Shown: in pieces, positions 39,372 through 48,499 of the stretch
Numbering within the stretch: the stretch's first letter is position 1
Layout of the letters: every line of letters starts with the position of its first letter
Assembly: GCA_024742705.1 (NCBI GenBank)
Contig: JANSXZ010000016.1
Location: 8,617 to 72,616 of the forward strand
Length of the DNA: 64,000 nt
Direction: 5' to 3'
Source of the DNA: Paracoccaceae bacterium
GTDB taxonomy: Bacteria > Pseudomonadota > Alphaproteobacteria > Rhodobacterales > Rhodobacteraceae
Position numbers and translations under genes: made by a program
Notes under the pieces: model-generated
The model's database searches: none
Seen by the model: the letters and a program-made list of their open reading frames with translations, nothing else
What the model was told of the DNA's origin: nothing

Positions 39372-40649
39372 TCACCCATCTTGGGCCTTGCGCAGGCAGG
39401 CGATGTAGAAACCGTCCATTCCGCCGGCATCCGGCCAGAAATCGGGCCGCAGACGCAGGCCACCTTCGGCGCTGATCCAATCCGCCGCGATGCCCGGACG
39501 CGACAGGGCGGCGCGGTCGGCGGTGGCGCCCGGCAGATCGGCAAGCGCCTCGTCGATCTGTACCTCGCCTTCATCGGGCAGCAGCGAACAGGTGCAGAAA
39601 ACCAGCCGTCCGCCCGGCGCAACCAACGTCCAGGCGTGCCGCAGCAGACGCGCCTGAAGCGCAATCAGCGCCGCGAATTCCGATCCGTCCTTGGCAAAGG
39701 GCAGGTCCGGGTGCCGCCGCAGGGTTCCGGTGGCGGAACAGGGCGCGTCCAGCAGAACCGCGTCGTAGCGGCCGGTTTCGGCCAGCGCGTCGCCCACCCG
39801 CAGATCGGCGCGCAGCCCGGTCCGCGCCAGGTTGTCGGCCACCCGCGCCATCCGCGTCGGCGAGGTATCGACAGCGACCACCTCGGCGCCGCTGGCGGCG
39901 ATCTGCATCGTCTTGCCCCCCGGCGCGGCGCACAGATCGGCGATCCGTTCACCCGGCTGCGGATCGAGAACCCGCACCGGCAGGGCCGCCGCGGCGTCCT
40001 GCACCCACCACGCGCCTTCATCGAAGCCAGGCAGGGCCGAAACCTGCCCCGCGTCCGGCACCCGCACCGTGCCGGTGGGCAGAACCGTACCGCCCAGCCG
40101 CGCCGCCCACGACGCCGGATCGGCGCGCACGGTGATATCCAGCGGCGCCCCGGCGAAATGCGCGCGCTCCATCGCTGCAATGGCCTCGGCGCCCCAGGCA
40201 TCCGACAGCGGCGCGCGCAGCCATTTCGGCATCCGCGGCACCCGCAGCGCCGGCCAGGCCTCGGGCCCGTGCGCGGCAATCTTGCGCAGAACGGCGTTCA
40301 CCAGCCCCTTCAGCGCCGCGTGGCGCCTGTGGCCCGCGACCACGTTCACCAGCGCGTCCACCACGCCATGCGCCGCGCCACCCTGGCACAGTTCGACAGT
40401 GCCCAGCCGCAGGACATTTCGTACATGCAGCGGCGGCGCCTTGCGCAGATGCCGCGCCAGCAGCCTGTCGGCCCGTTCAAGGCCGCGCAGCGTCTCGAGC
40501 GCGAGGCGCTGCGCCCGCGCCCTGTCATCGGCGGGCAGCGCATCGACGGCACCGGCGCCCAGAACCTCGGGCAGCAGCCGGCCCTCGCCCAGCACCTGGT
40601 CCAGCAGGAAAACGGCGGCCTTCCGCGCCGCCACGCCCCGATCCGCCAT
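39372..40649 (-). CDS. rsmB: 16S rRNA (cytosine967-C5)-methyltransferase
   Basis: SAM-binding DLCAAPGGKT, catalytic FCTCSLLPDEGE, and an N-terminal NusB-like region. Start at MADRGVAARK (40649); the upstream 89 codons of the track ORF are rejected. Confidence 0.88.
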   Translation of the reverse strand: MADRGVAARKAAVFLLDQVLGEGRLLPEVLGAGAVDALPADDRARAQRLALETLRGLERADRLLARHLRKAPPLHVRNVLRLGTVELCQGGAAHGVVDALVNVVAGHRRHAALKGLVNAVLRKIAAHGPEAWPALRVPRMPKWLRAPLSDAWGAEAIAAMERAHFAGAPLDITVRADPASWAARLGGTVLPTGTVRVPDAGQVSALPGFDEGAWWVQDAAAALPVRVLDPQPGERIADLCAAPGGKTMQIAASGAEVVAVDTSPTRMARVADNLARTGLRADLRVGDALAETGRYDAVLLDAPCSATGTLRRHPDLPFAKDGSEFAALIALQARLLRHAWTLVAPGGRLVFCTCSLLPDEGEVQIDEALADLPGATADRAALSRPGIAADWISAEGGLRLRPDFWPDAGGMDGFYIACLRKAQDG

Positions 40650-40727
40650 CCGCGTTCCTTTCCCGCTGTCCCTTGCCCCGGCCCGACCCGGAGGTATATC
40701 CTGTGTCACATCAGACAGGAGCCCGCC

Positions 40728-40907
40728 ATGACGACCCCGCGATCCGATTTGCCGCCTGCGGCGCAGCGCGCCCTGGCCGAAGCCGAAGAACGGCGCAAGG
40801 CCGCAGAAGCCCAACCGCCCCTGCCGCGCGAACTGGGCGGCCGTGACGGCCCCGAACCCGTGCGCTACGGCGATTGGGAGAAAAAGGGAATAGCCATCGA
40901 TTTCTGA
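40728..40907 (+). CDS. DUF1674 domain protein (SDHAF4-like)
   Basis: 59 aa ending in RYGDWEKKGIAIDF, the hallmark C-terminus of DUF1674/SdhAF4 homologues. Confidence 0.8.
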   Translation: MTTPRSDLPPAAQRALAEAEERRKAAEAQPPLPRELGGRDGPEPVRYGDWEKKGIAIDF

Positions 40908-40941
40908 GCCGCGCAAGACCCTTCCCGCGCGCCATGTTTCA

Positions 40942-41337
40942 TCATGCCGGGCGATCTTCGGGCGAGTCGATCACGCGATCCGCCTCGGGGGTGTCGAACG
41001 TCGACCAGGTTTCATCGCCCAGCGGAGCGGGCGGCGGCACACATGCCCGGCGATGCATCTGCACCTTGGCGATGAAATTCGCGGAAATCGGCGCGGTCAC
41101 GAAGAGAAACCCCATGATCAGCATTTCGTGCAGCGATCCCTCGCCGCGCACGAACGACTGCACCATCGACGCCAGCAACAGAGCGCCGATGCCCATCGTC
41201 CCGACCTTGGTGGGCGCGTGCAGCCGCGTCATGGAATCGTTCAGCTTGAGCAGCCCGATTGATCCGACCAGGGCGAAGGCCGCCCCGACAAACAGGCAGG
41301 CGGCAACGAAATAGGTGCCGAATATCTCCAGGGTCAT
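40942..41337 (-). CDS. mnhG: monovalent cation/H+ antiporter subunit G
   Basis: MnhG/PhaG-like (RLHAPTKVGTMG), with a hydrophilic C-terminal tail. It is the last gene of the six-gene cluster. Confidence 0.85.
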   Translation of the reverse strand: MTLEIFGTYFVAACLFVGAAFALVGSIGLLKLNDSMTRLHAPTKVGTMGIGALLLASMVQSFVRGEGSLHEMLIMGFLFVTAPISANFIAKVQMHRRACVPPPAPLGDETWSTFDTPEADRVIDSPEDRPA

Positions 41338-41621
41338 TCGATGATGTCTCCTCTCAGCACGAACCGGGCATAGGCAACCGTAGATACAAATCCCAGCATC
41401 GCGATGATCAGCGCCGCCTCGAAGAACACCTGCGTGCCCTGCGCGATTCCCAACAGCACGATCAGGCCGATGGCATTGACGACCATCGTATCGAGCGCGA
41501 GGATACGGTCGCCCGTGTCCGGCCCGATCACCAGACGGATCATCGCCATGATCTGGGCAATGCCGATGGCAACGAAGGCGACGATCAACGCAATGTCATG
41601 CAGCGCGGTGGCATTCATCAT
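41334..41621 (-). CDS. mnhF: monovalent cation/H+ antiporter subunit F
   Basis: 95 aa with three helices (GPDTGDRILALD motif). 4-nt overlaps with both neighbours. Confidence 0.85.
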   Translation of the reverse strand: MMNATALHDIALIVAFVAIGIAQIMAMIRLVIGPDTGDRILALDTMVVNAIGLIVLLGIAQGTQVFFEAALIIAMLGFVSTVAYARFVLRGDIIE

Positions 41622-42118
41622 TCGAAAATCTCCTTCAGGCGGCGTTCATAGCGATGTTTGATCTCGTCGCGCACCGCGTCGGGGTCGGGCGTGTCCAGCG
41701 CATGAACCAGCAGGCAATGGCCCTGATCCGACAGGTCAGCCGAAACGGTGCCGGGCGTCAGGGTGATCGTGCCGGCCAGAACCGTGATCGCCTCGGGCTG
41801 GCGCAGGTCCAGCGGCACAACCACCCATGCCGGGCGCATCTTGGCGTTGGGACGGGTCAGAACGATCCACGCCACCTCGATATTGGCGATCAGGATGTCC
41901 CACAGAACGATCAGCATGTAGACCGCGAAACGCCCCATGCGGAAGCCGCGCGGGCGGTCCGGCCACCATGCCGCTGTCACCACCGGAATGACGATGCCCA
42001 GGATCAGTCCGAACACCACCATGCCCGCCGACAGCTGATTTTGCAGCATCACCCAGACCAGCGCCAGAAGGACCGTCAGCAGCGGGTGCGGCAGGAGCCA
42101 GTTCCAGAAGCGGATCAT
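41618..42118 (-). CDS. mnhE: monovalent cation/H+ antiporter subunit E
   Basis: 166 aa, MnhE-like (ITLTPGTVS motif). Confidence 0.85.
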   Translation of the reverse strand: MIRFWNWLLPHPLLTVLLALVWVMLQNQLSAGMVVFGLILGIVIPVVTAAWWPDRPRGFRMGRFAVYMLIVLWDILIANIEVAWIVLTRPNAKMRPAWVVVPLDLRQPEAITVLAGTITLTPGTVSADLSDQGHCLLVHALDTPDPDAVRDEIKHRYERRLKEIFE

Positions 42119-42119
42119 G

Positions 42120-43664
42120 TCATTCGCCCTCCTTGGATTCGCTCAGCTTGCCGGGGGTGTCCATCACCGTATCGACATAGGGCGACGGCGCGAACAGCCC
42201 GGCGGCCACCCGCGTGGTATAGCCATGCACCGCGCCGGCGAACACCGTGTGCGCCACCAGCAGCGCCAGCAGGCCGCCCACCGCGACAAAGGCCAGCGGA
42301 TGCGGCGGTGCGGCATCGGCGGGGGCGTCATCGGAAGGCGGCACCGCCTTTGCCTTCCAGAACACCACGCTGCCCGCGCGGCCAAAGCCCACAACATTGA
42401 CGAGGCTGGCGCCCAGGATCAAAGCCCAGGTCCAGACCATCAGCGGGCTGTCATAGGCCGCGTCCAGCACCAGAAGTTTACCGAGGAACCCCGACAGCGG
42501 CGGCAGGCCCGTCATCGCGATGGCTCCGGCGAAGAACAGCCCCGCCACCAGCGCCGTGCCGGCCACCGGCGGTTGCGCCCCCAGGACCATGTCGCGCCGG
42601 CTGTGGCGCACCAGATCCACGATCAGGAACAGCGTCGCCGCCGCCAGCGTCGAATGCACCATGTAATACAGCGCCGCCGCGATGCCTTGCGGTGTGAACA
42701 GCGAAATCGCCACCAGCACCATGCCCATCGAGCCGATCACCGAAAACGTCACCATCCGGTCCAGTTTGCGCGCAGCCAGAACGCCGATCGCGCCCAGCGC
42801 CACCGATACCAGCGCCACGGGCAACAGCCAGGTGCCATGCAGGCCGGCCGTCGCCTCGAGCTGTGGCGGAAAGATCATCGTGTAGACCCGGATGATCGCG
42901 TATGCGCCGACCTTGGTCATGATCGCGAACAGCGCGGCAACCGGACCGGGCGCCTCGGCATAGCTGGAAGGCAGCCAGAAATGCAGCGGCACCACCGCCG
43001 CCTTGATGGCGAAAACCAGCAGGAGCAGAACCGCCGCAACCCGGATGCCCACGGTGGCATCGGCCCCGATCAGGGTGGCGCGCTGGGCCAGATCGGCCAT
43101 GTTCAGCGTGCCGGTTTCCGCATAGATCGATCCCAGCGCAAACAGGAACAGCGTGGATCCCAGAAGATTGAACAGCACATACTGCACCCCGGCGCGCAAC
43201 CGCGTGTTGCCGCCGCCATGGATCATCAGGCCGTAGGAGGCGATCAGAAGAACCTCGAAGAAAACGAAGAGGTTGAACAGGTCGCCGGTAAGGAACGCGC
43301 CCATTATCCCCATCAGCTGGAACTGGAACAGCGCGTGAAAATGCCGGCCGCGGTCGTCCCAACCGGATCCGATGGCGTACAGCAGCACGAAAAACGCCAG
43401 AACCGCCGTCAGCAGCACCATGATCGTCGACAGACGGTCGCCCACCAGCACGATGCCGAACGGCGCGGCCCAATCGCCGGTCTGATACAGCGTAACGGTG
43501 CCGTCGGCGGCCTGCACCGCCAGCCCGGCGGCTATGCCGATCAGCGCGATCACCCCGGCCAGGGACATGACCCGCTGAATCCCGATGTGATGGCGGGCCG
43601 CCAGAACGATGAACGGCGCAAGCAACGCCGGCAACATGACCGGTGCGATGATCCAGTGCATCAT
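42120..43664 (-). CDS. mnhD: monovalent cation/H+ antiporter subunit D (NuoN/M-like)
   Basis: 514-aa polytopic protein with a proton-conducting NuoM/N-type fold. Confidence 0.88.
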   Translation of the reverse strand: MMHWIIAPVMLPALLAPFIVLAARHHIGIQRVMSLAGVIALIGIAAGLAVQAADGTVTLYQTGDWAAPFGIVLVGDRLSTIMVLLTAVLAFFVLLYAIGSGWDDRGRHFHALFQFQLMGIMGAFLTGDLFNLFVFFEVLLIASYGLMIHGGGNTRLRAGVQYVLFNLLGSTLFLFALGSIYAETGTLNMADLAQRATLIGADATVGIRVAAVLLLLVFAIKAAVVPLHFWLPSSYAEAPGPVAALFAIMTKVGAYAIIRVYTMIFPPQLEATAGLHGTWLLPVALVSVALGAIGVLAARKLDRMVTFSVIGSMGMVLVAISLFTPQGIAAALYYMVHSTLAAATLFLIVDLVRHSRRDMVLGAQPPVAGTALVAGLFFAGAIAMTGLPPLSGFLGKLLVLDAAYDSPLMVWTWALILGASLVNVVGFGRAGSVVFWKAKAVPPSDDAPADAAPPHPLAFVAVGGLLALLVAHTVFAGAVHGYTTRVAAGLFAPSPYVDTVMDTPGKLSESKEGE

Positions 43665-44014
43665 GATGCATCTCCCCGCTGCGCGACTTCATCGGCGGGA
43701 TCGTTCACATGGTCGTCGTCCGAGCCCAGGTAGGCGCCCAACCCGATCATCACCACAACCGCGGTCATCCCGAAGGAAATCACGATCGCCGTCAGCACCA
43801 GCGCCTGCGGCAGCGGATCACTGTAGGTTTCCACCCCTTTCACCAGAACCGGCGGCGCGCCGATCACCAGGCGCCCCGAGGCGAAAAGGAACACGTTCAC
43901 CGCATAGGTCAGCAGCGAAATTCCCATGATCACCGGGAAGGTGCGCAATCGCAGCACCAGATACAATCCCGATGCGGTCAGGATGCCGATGGCCGACGCA
44001 ACCAGAAATTCCAT
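43661..44014 (-). CDS. mnhC: monovalent cation/H+ antiporter subunit C (NuoK-like)
   Basis: MEFLVASAIGILTASGLYLVLR is NuoK/MnhC-like. Start at 44014, 2 nt after the mnhA/B stop. Confidence 0.85.
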   Translation of the reverse strand: MEFLVASAIGILTASGLYLVLRLRTFPVIMGISLLTYAVNVFLFASGRLVIGAPPVLVKGVETYSDPLPQALVLTAIVISFGMTAVVVMIGLGAYLGSDDDHVNDPADEVAQRGDAS

Positions 44015-44015
44015 G

Positions 44016-46943
44016 TCAGACACCTTCCTTTGCCGGGGTCGGCACCGATGCCACCGGCGGATCTCCGCGCGAGGGATCGATGTCCATCGGATGCTCGACA
44101 TCCGGCATGTGCGCGCGTCGCGCCAATCTCGAAAAACTCTCCAGCGACAGCATCACCGCGCCCACCACCGTCAGAAACACGCCCAGATCGAACAACATGG
44201 CAGTGGCCAGTTCGAATTCGTTGAACGGCGGGATCCGCACATAGGTGAAATCCGTGGTCATGAACGGTTTGCCCACGAACCATGATCCGATGCCGGTGAG
44301 GCCGGCGATCAGAACGCCGGTTCCGATGATCCCGTGATAGGGATAGCGCAACCGCGCCGAAGCCCAGCCAAAACCGCTGGCCATGTATTGCATCACCACC
44401 GCGATCGACACCACCAGCCCGGCGATGAAACCGCCACCCGGTTCGTTGTGACCACGCAGGAAGATGAAGAACCCGACCATCAGAACCACCGGCATGGTGA
44501 CACGCGTCAGGATCACCATCATCATCGGGTGCATGTCGCCCGCGCGTGGCTGATCCGGCAGCCGGTTCAGAAGCCGCGCCCGCACCGGACCGTTCAGCAA
44601 GGCTTCGGTCAGCGCATAGATCAGCAGCGCGGCAATCCCCAGAACGATGATTTCACCGAAGGTGTCAAAGCCCCGGAAATCCACTAGGATCACGTTGACG
44701 ACATTGGTGCCGCCGCCGCCCTTGTAGGAATTGGCCAGATGGAATTCCGAGATCGGCGTGACAACCGCATCGCGCAGCAGATAGTGATAGGCAAGGGCCG
44801 TCGCCGCCAGCCCGCCCGCAACCGACACCACCGCATCGCGGGTGCGGTGCAGTACCGTGCTTTCGATCGGGGTGCGGTTGGGCAGGAAGTTCAGCGCCAG
44901 AAGCAGCAGGATGATCGTCACCACCTCGACGGTGATCTGCGTCATGGCCAGGTCGGGGGCGCTGAAGAACACGAAGCCCACCGAAACCATCAGGCCGACG
45001 ATGCCGATCAGGATCAGCGACAGCAGCCTGTTGCGGTGCAGGAACACCATGCCCAGCGTCGCCGCCACCAACATCAGCCACCCCGCGATCGCAACCGGAT
45101 CGGCGGGCTGCGGCGCGCGGGTTGCGGGGCCCACGGTTCCGGTGCTCCAGGCATAGTAGCCGACAACAAAGACCGTGACGGCAAACACCGCGCCATAGCG
45201 GGTGAACGCGCCGTTGTGCAGTGGCAGCGCGATGCGCTCGGCCAGCCGGACCACCGCCGCGATCAGACGGTCGAAAATCGCCTTGGCCTCGGGGCGGGGC
45301 GCCGCATCCCAAAGCCGCAGCATCGGCGCGAAGATCGCCATGACGATCAGGCCGCCAACCACCGCGGCGATCGACATATAGAGAGCGGGCACAAGGCCGT
45401 GCCAGATCTTGAAATAGGCCTTCGGCACCTCGGCGGCCTCGCCCAGAACCGATGCGGTAACCAGCTTGACGAAAGGTTCGGCCAGGAACGGCGCAATCCC
45501 GATCACCACCACCATGACCACCAGAATGGCCGGCGGCAGCCACATGCCGGCGCCGGGATCGTGCGGCCTGGCCGGGTAATCGTCACGCACCGGGCCAAGG
45601 AAGGTGTGCCCGATCAGCCGGAAACAATAGGCCGCAGAGAAGAGCGACCCCAGGGTCGCCAGCGCCGGCACCAACCAGGGCGCGCCGTACAATTCGGTGC
45701 GCCAGGCTTCCTCCAGCATCATCTCCTTCGACAGGAACCCGTTCAGCAGCGGAATCCCCGCCATCGACAAAGCCGCGAGGGTTGCGATCACGAATGTCAC
45801 CGGCATCAGCCTGCGCAGACCGCCCAACCGGCGAATGTCGCGGGTATGCGCCTCGTGGTCGACGATGCCCGCCGACATGAACAGCGCCGCCTTGAAGGTC
45901 GCATGGTTGAGGATGTGAAACACCGCCGCCATCGCGCCGAACGCCGTGCCGGTGCCCAGAAGCATGGTGATCAACCCCAGGTGCGACACTGTGGAAAACG
46001 CCAGCAGCGCCTTAAGGTCGTGTTTGAACAACGCGATCACCGCGCCCAGTACCATCGTCACCAGGCCCGCGGTGGTCACGATCACGAACCATTCCGGCGT
46101 GCCCGACAGAACCGGCCACATACGCGCCATCAGGAAAATGCCCGCCTTGACCATTGTCGCCGAATGCAGATAGGCCGAAACCGGTGTGGGCGCCGCCATC
46201 GCGTGCGGCAGCCAGAAATGAAACGGAAACTGCGCCGATTTCGTGAAACATCCCAGCAGGATCAGGATCAGCGCCGGCAGGTACAGCGGCGATTCCTGGA
46301 TCGCCTCGCGGTTTTGCAGGATCACGCTCAGGTCGTAACTGCCGGCGATCTGGCCCAGCATCAGCATCCCGCCGATCATGGCCAGCCCGCCCATGCCGGT
46401 CACGGTCAGTGCCATCCGCGCGCCCTGCCGCCCCTCGGGCAGATGCTTCCAATATCCGATCAGCAGGAAGGACGAAAGCGATGTCAGCTCCCAGAAAACC
46501 AGCAAAAGCAGGATGTTGTCGCTGAGGACAATGCCAACCATCGCGCCCTGGAACAACAGAAGGTAGGTAAAGAATTCGCCCATATTGTCATCACGCGACA
46601 GGTAGAACCGCGCGTAGGTGATGATCAACAGCCCGATCCCCAGGATCAGACAGGCAAAGAAGAAACCCAGCCCGTCCAGCATCAGCGTGACGTTCAGGCC
46701 CAAAAGCGGCAGCCACTCGAAACCGGCGGTCACGACTTGCCCGGACAAGACTGCCGGTGCGTTGGTCAAGAGGCCGATCAGCGCGGCCGCGGTGACGGTG
46801 AAGGTCACGCCGGCACAGGCGGCGCGGCCCGCCGTGTTCATCAACCCCGGCAAAAGCGCGCCGAGAAACGGCAAGGCAACGATAATGAAAAGCGACACGT
46901 CTGCTCCCGATCCTGTCCGGTTCTGGCGCTCTATTTGGGTCAT
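44016..46943 (-). CDS. mnhA: monovalent cation/H+ antiporter fused subunits A and B (NuoL-like)
   Basis: 975 aa. An N-terminal NuoL-like domain plus a C-terminal MnhB domain, the fused PhaAB-type architecture. Confidence 0.88.
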   Translation of the reverse strand: MTQIERQNRTGSGADVSLFIIVALPFLGALLPGLMNTAGRAACAGVTFTVTAAALIGLLTNAPAVLSGQVVTAGFEWLPLLGLNVTLMLDGLGFFFACLILGIGLLIITYARFYLSRDDNMGEFFTYLLLFQGAMVGIVLSDNILLLLVFWELTSLSSFLLIGYWKHLPEGRQGARMALTVTGMGGLAMIGGMLMLGQIAGSYDLSVILQNREAIQESPLYLPALILILLGCFTKSAQFPFHFWLPHAMAAPTPVSAYLHSATMVKAGIFLMARMWPVLSGTPEWFVIVTTAGLVTMVLGAVIALFKHDLKALLAFSTVSHLGLITMLLGTGTAFGAMAAVFHILNHATFKAALFMSAGIVDHEAHTRDIRRLGGLRRLMPVTFVIATLAALSMAGIPLLNGFLSKEMMLEEAWRTELYGAPWLVPALATLGSLFSAAYCFRLIGHTFLGPVRDDYPARPHDPGAGMWLPPAILVVMVVVIGIAPFLAEPFVKLVTASVLGEAAEVPKAYFKIWHGLVPALYMSIAAVVGGLIVMAIFAPMLRLWDAAPRPEAKAIFDRLIAAVVRLAERIALPLHNGAFTRYGAVFAVTVFVVGYYAWSTGTVGPATRAPQPADPVAIAGWLMLVAATLGMVFLHRNRLLSLILIGIVGLMVSVGFVFFSAPDLAMTQITVEVVTIILLLLALNFLPNRTPIESTVLHRTRDAVVSVAGGLAATALAYHYLLRDAVVTPISEFHLANSYKGGGGTNVVNVILVDFRGFDTFGEIIVLGIAALLIYALTEALLNGPVRARLLNRLPDQPRAGDMHPMMMVILTRVTMPVVLMVGFFIFLRGHNEPGGGFIAGLVVSIAVVMQYMASGFGWASARLRYPYHGIIGTGVLIAGLTGIGSWFVGKPFMTTDFTYVRIPPFNEFELATAMLFDLGVFLTVVGAVMLSLESFSRLARRAHMPDVEHPMDIDPSRGDPPVASVPTPAKEGV

Positions 46944-47113
46944 ACAGGCTACAACCTCAAGGGAAACCGGTCAGGTCTTTGCCGCGTTCCGCTCACAACG
47001 CATCCAGCGTGCCGCGTTTTCAGCACGAAATGCCACCGGTACTTGCCACCCGGGCGTGGCTCTTTCACAGTGATCGCCGGCGCGGCGACCGCAAAGGGGG
47101 GGGAAGGCCGGAG

Positions 47114-48499
47114 GTGAACCACAGTCCACGGGATCTTCCGCAGATCGACGCGCTTCTGGGGCTTGCGGGCATAGATGCGCTGGTGCGCAGGTATTCGCGG
47201 GCCGAAACCGTCGCGGCGCTGCGCGCGGCCACCGGCGCCTTGCGCGCGCGGATGCTGGCCGGCCAGGCGACGGTGCTGCCGGATTTCACGGCGCCGGAAT
47301 TCGCCGAAACCGTCGCGGGGCACATCGCGGCGGCGCGGCGGCCCGCCATGCACCGCGTCGTCAATGCCACCGGCATTCTGATCCACACGAACCTGGGGCG
47401 CGCGCCGCTGGCAGAGGCCGCGCTGGCAGCGGTGGCGCAGGCCGGAGCCGCGCCCGCGACGCTGGAATACGACATCGTCACCGGCGGCCGGGGCGCGCGG
47501 CACGACCATGTGCGCGGCCTGATATGCGATCTGACAGGCGCCGACGACGCGCTGGTCGTCAACAATTGCGCGGCGGCGGTGCTGCTGGCGTTGACGGCGA
47601 CGGCGCGCGGGCGTGGGGTGATTGCATCGCGCGGCGAACTGATCGAGATCGGCGGATCGTTCCGGATGCCCGATGTCATCGCCCAGAGCGGCGCGCGCCT
47701 GATCGAAGTGGGCACCACCAACCGCACCCGGACGGGCGACTATGCCAACGCCATCGACGACGACACCGCCGTTCTGCTGAAAAGCCACACCAGCAACTTC
47801 CGGGTGGTCGGCTTTGCCGAGGCACCCGCGCGCGCCGAACTGGCCGCGCTGGCACGGGCCCGCGGCCTGATCCTGATCGAGGATCTGGGCAGCGGTGTCC
47901 TGGTCGATCTGGCGCGGTTCGGCCTGCGCGAGGAACCGGTGGTGGGCGATGTCCTGCGCGCGGGCGTTGATCTGGTGCTGTTTTCCGGCGACAAGCTGCT
48001 GGGCGGGCCCCAGGCCGGCATCATCGCCGGGCGCGCCGATGTGATCCAGCGGCTCGGGGCGCACCCGCTGGCCCGCGCGCTGCGCATCGACAAGCTGTCG
48101 CTGGCCGCGCTGGCGGCGACGCTGCGGCTGTACCTGCCGCCGCATGATCCCTTGCGCCTGATCCCGGTGCTGCGGATGCTGTCGCAGCCCGCAGACACGG
48201 TGCGGCAGCGGGCCGAAACGCTGGCCGCGATGCTGCCCCGGGCGCTAAAGGTTGCGGTCTGCGCGACCGCCGCCCAGGCCGGTGCCGGATCGCTGCCGCA
48301 ACAGGATCTGCCCAGCTTCGGCTTGCGCGTCAACGCGCCCGGCCTGTCGCCCGACGCGCTGGCCGCCCGGCTGCGCGGCGCCGAAACGCCCATCATCGGG
48401 CGGGTGGCGCGGGGCGCCGTCGTGCTCGACATGCGCGGCGTCGAGGATCACGAATTGCCGCTGATCCGCACCGCGCTCGGGGCGCCGGATATCGCATGA
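47114..48499 (+). CDS. selA: L-seryl-tRNA(Sec) selenium transferase
   Basis: LPQIDALL N-terminus, NNCAAAVLL, and the PLP-Lys motif FSGDKLLGGPQAG. I infer a GTG start at 47114 (GGAAGG 7 nt upstream) from alignment with the E. coli SelA N-terminus as I remember it. Confidence 0.92.
   Translation: MNHSPRDLPQIDALLGLAGIDALVRRYSRAETVAALRAATGALRARMLAGQATVLPDFTAPEFAETVAGHIAAARRPAMHRVVNATGILIHTNLGRAPLAEAALAAVAQAGAAPATLEYDIVTGGRGARHDHVRGLICDLTGADDALVVNNCAAAVLLALTATARGRGVIASRGELIEIGGSFRMPDVIAQSGARLIEVGTTNRTRTGDYANAIDDDTAVLLKSHTSNFRVVGFAEAPARAELAALARARGLILIEDLGSGVLVDLARFGLREEPVVGDVLRAGVDLVLFSGDKLLGGPQAGIIAGRADVIQRLGAHPLARALRIDKLSLAALAATLRLYLPPHDPLRLIPVLRMLSQPADTVRQRAETLAAMLPRALKVAVCATAAQAGAGSLPQQDLPSFGLRVNAPGLSPDALAARLRGAETPIIGRVARGAVVLDMRGVEDHELPLIRTALGAPDIA

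Noticed and set aside
46979-47113. Upstream extension of selA (track ORF starts at 46979). Analogous N-terminal extensions occur in track ORFs for rsmB (to 40916), selD (to 61088), dapB (from 1524), mnhC (to 44101), the ACAD gene (to 15574) and lspA (to 36009).
   Set aside because: The extensions are Arg/Pro-rich and unlike the family N-termini. Several overlap neighbouring genes or promoter regions. Internal starts have better RBS spacing and match the expected protein N-termini.
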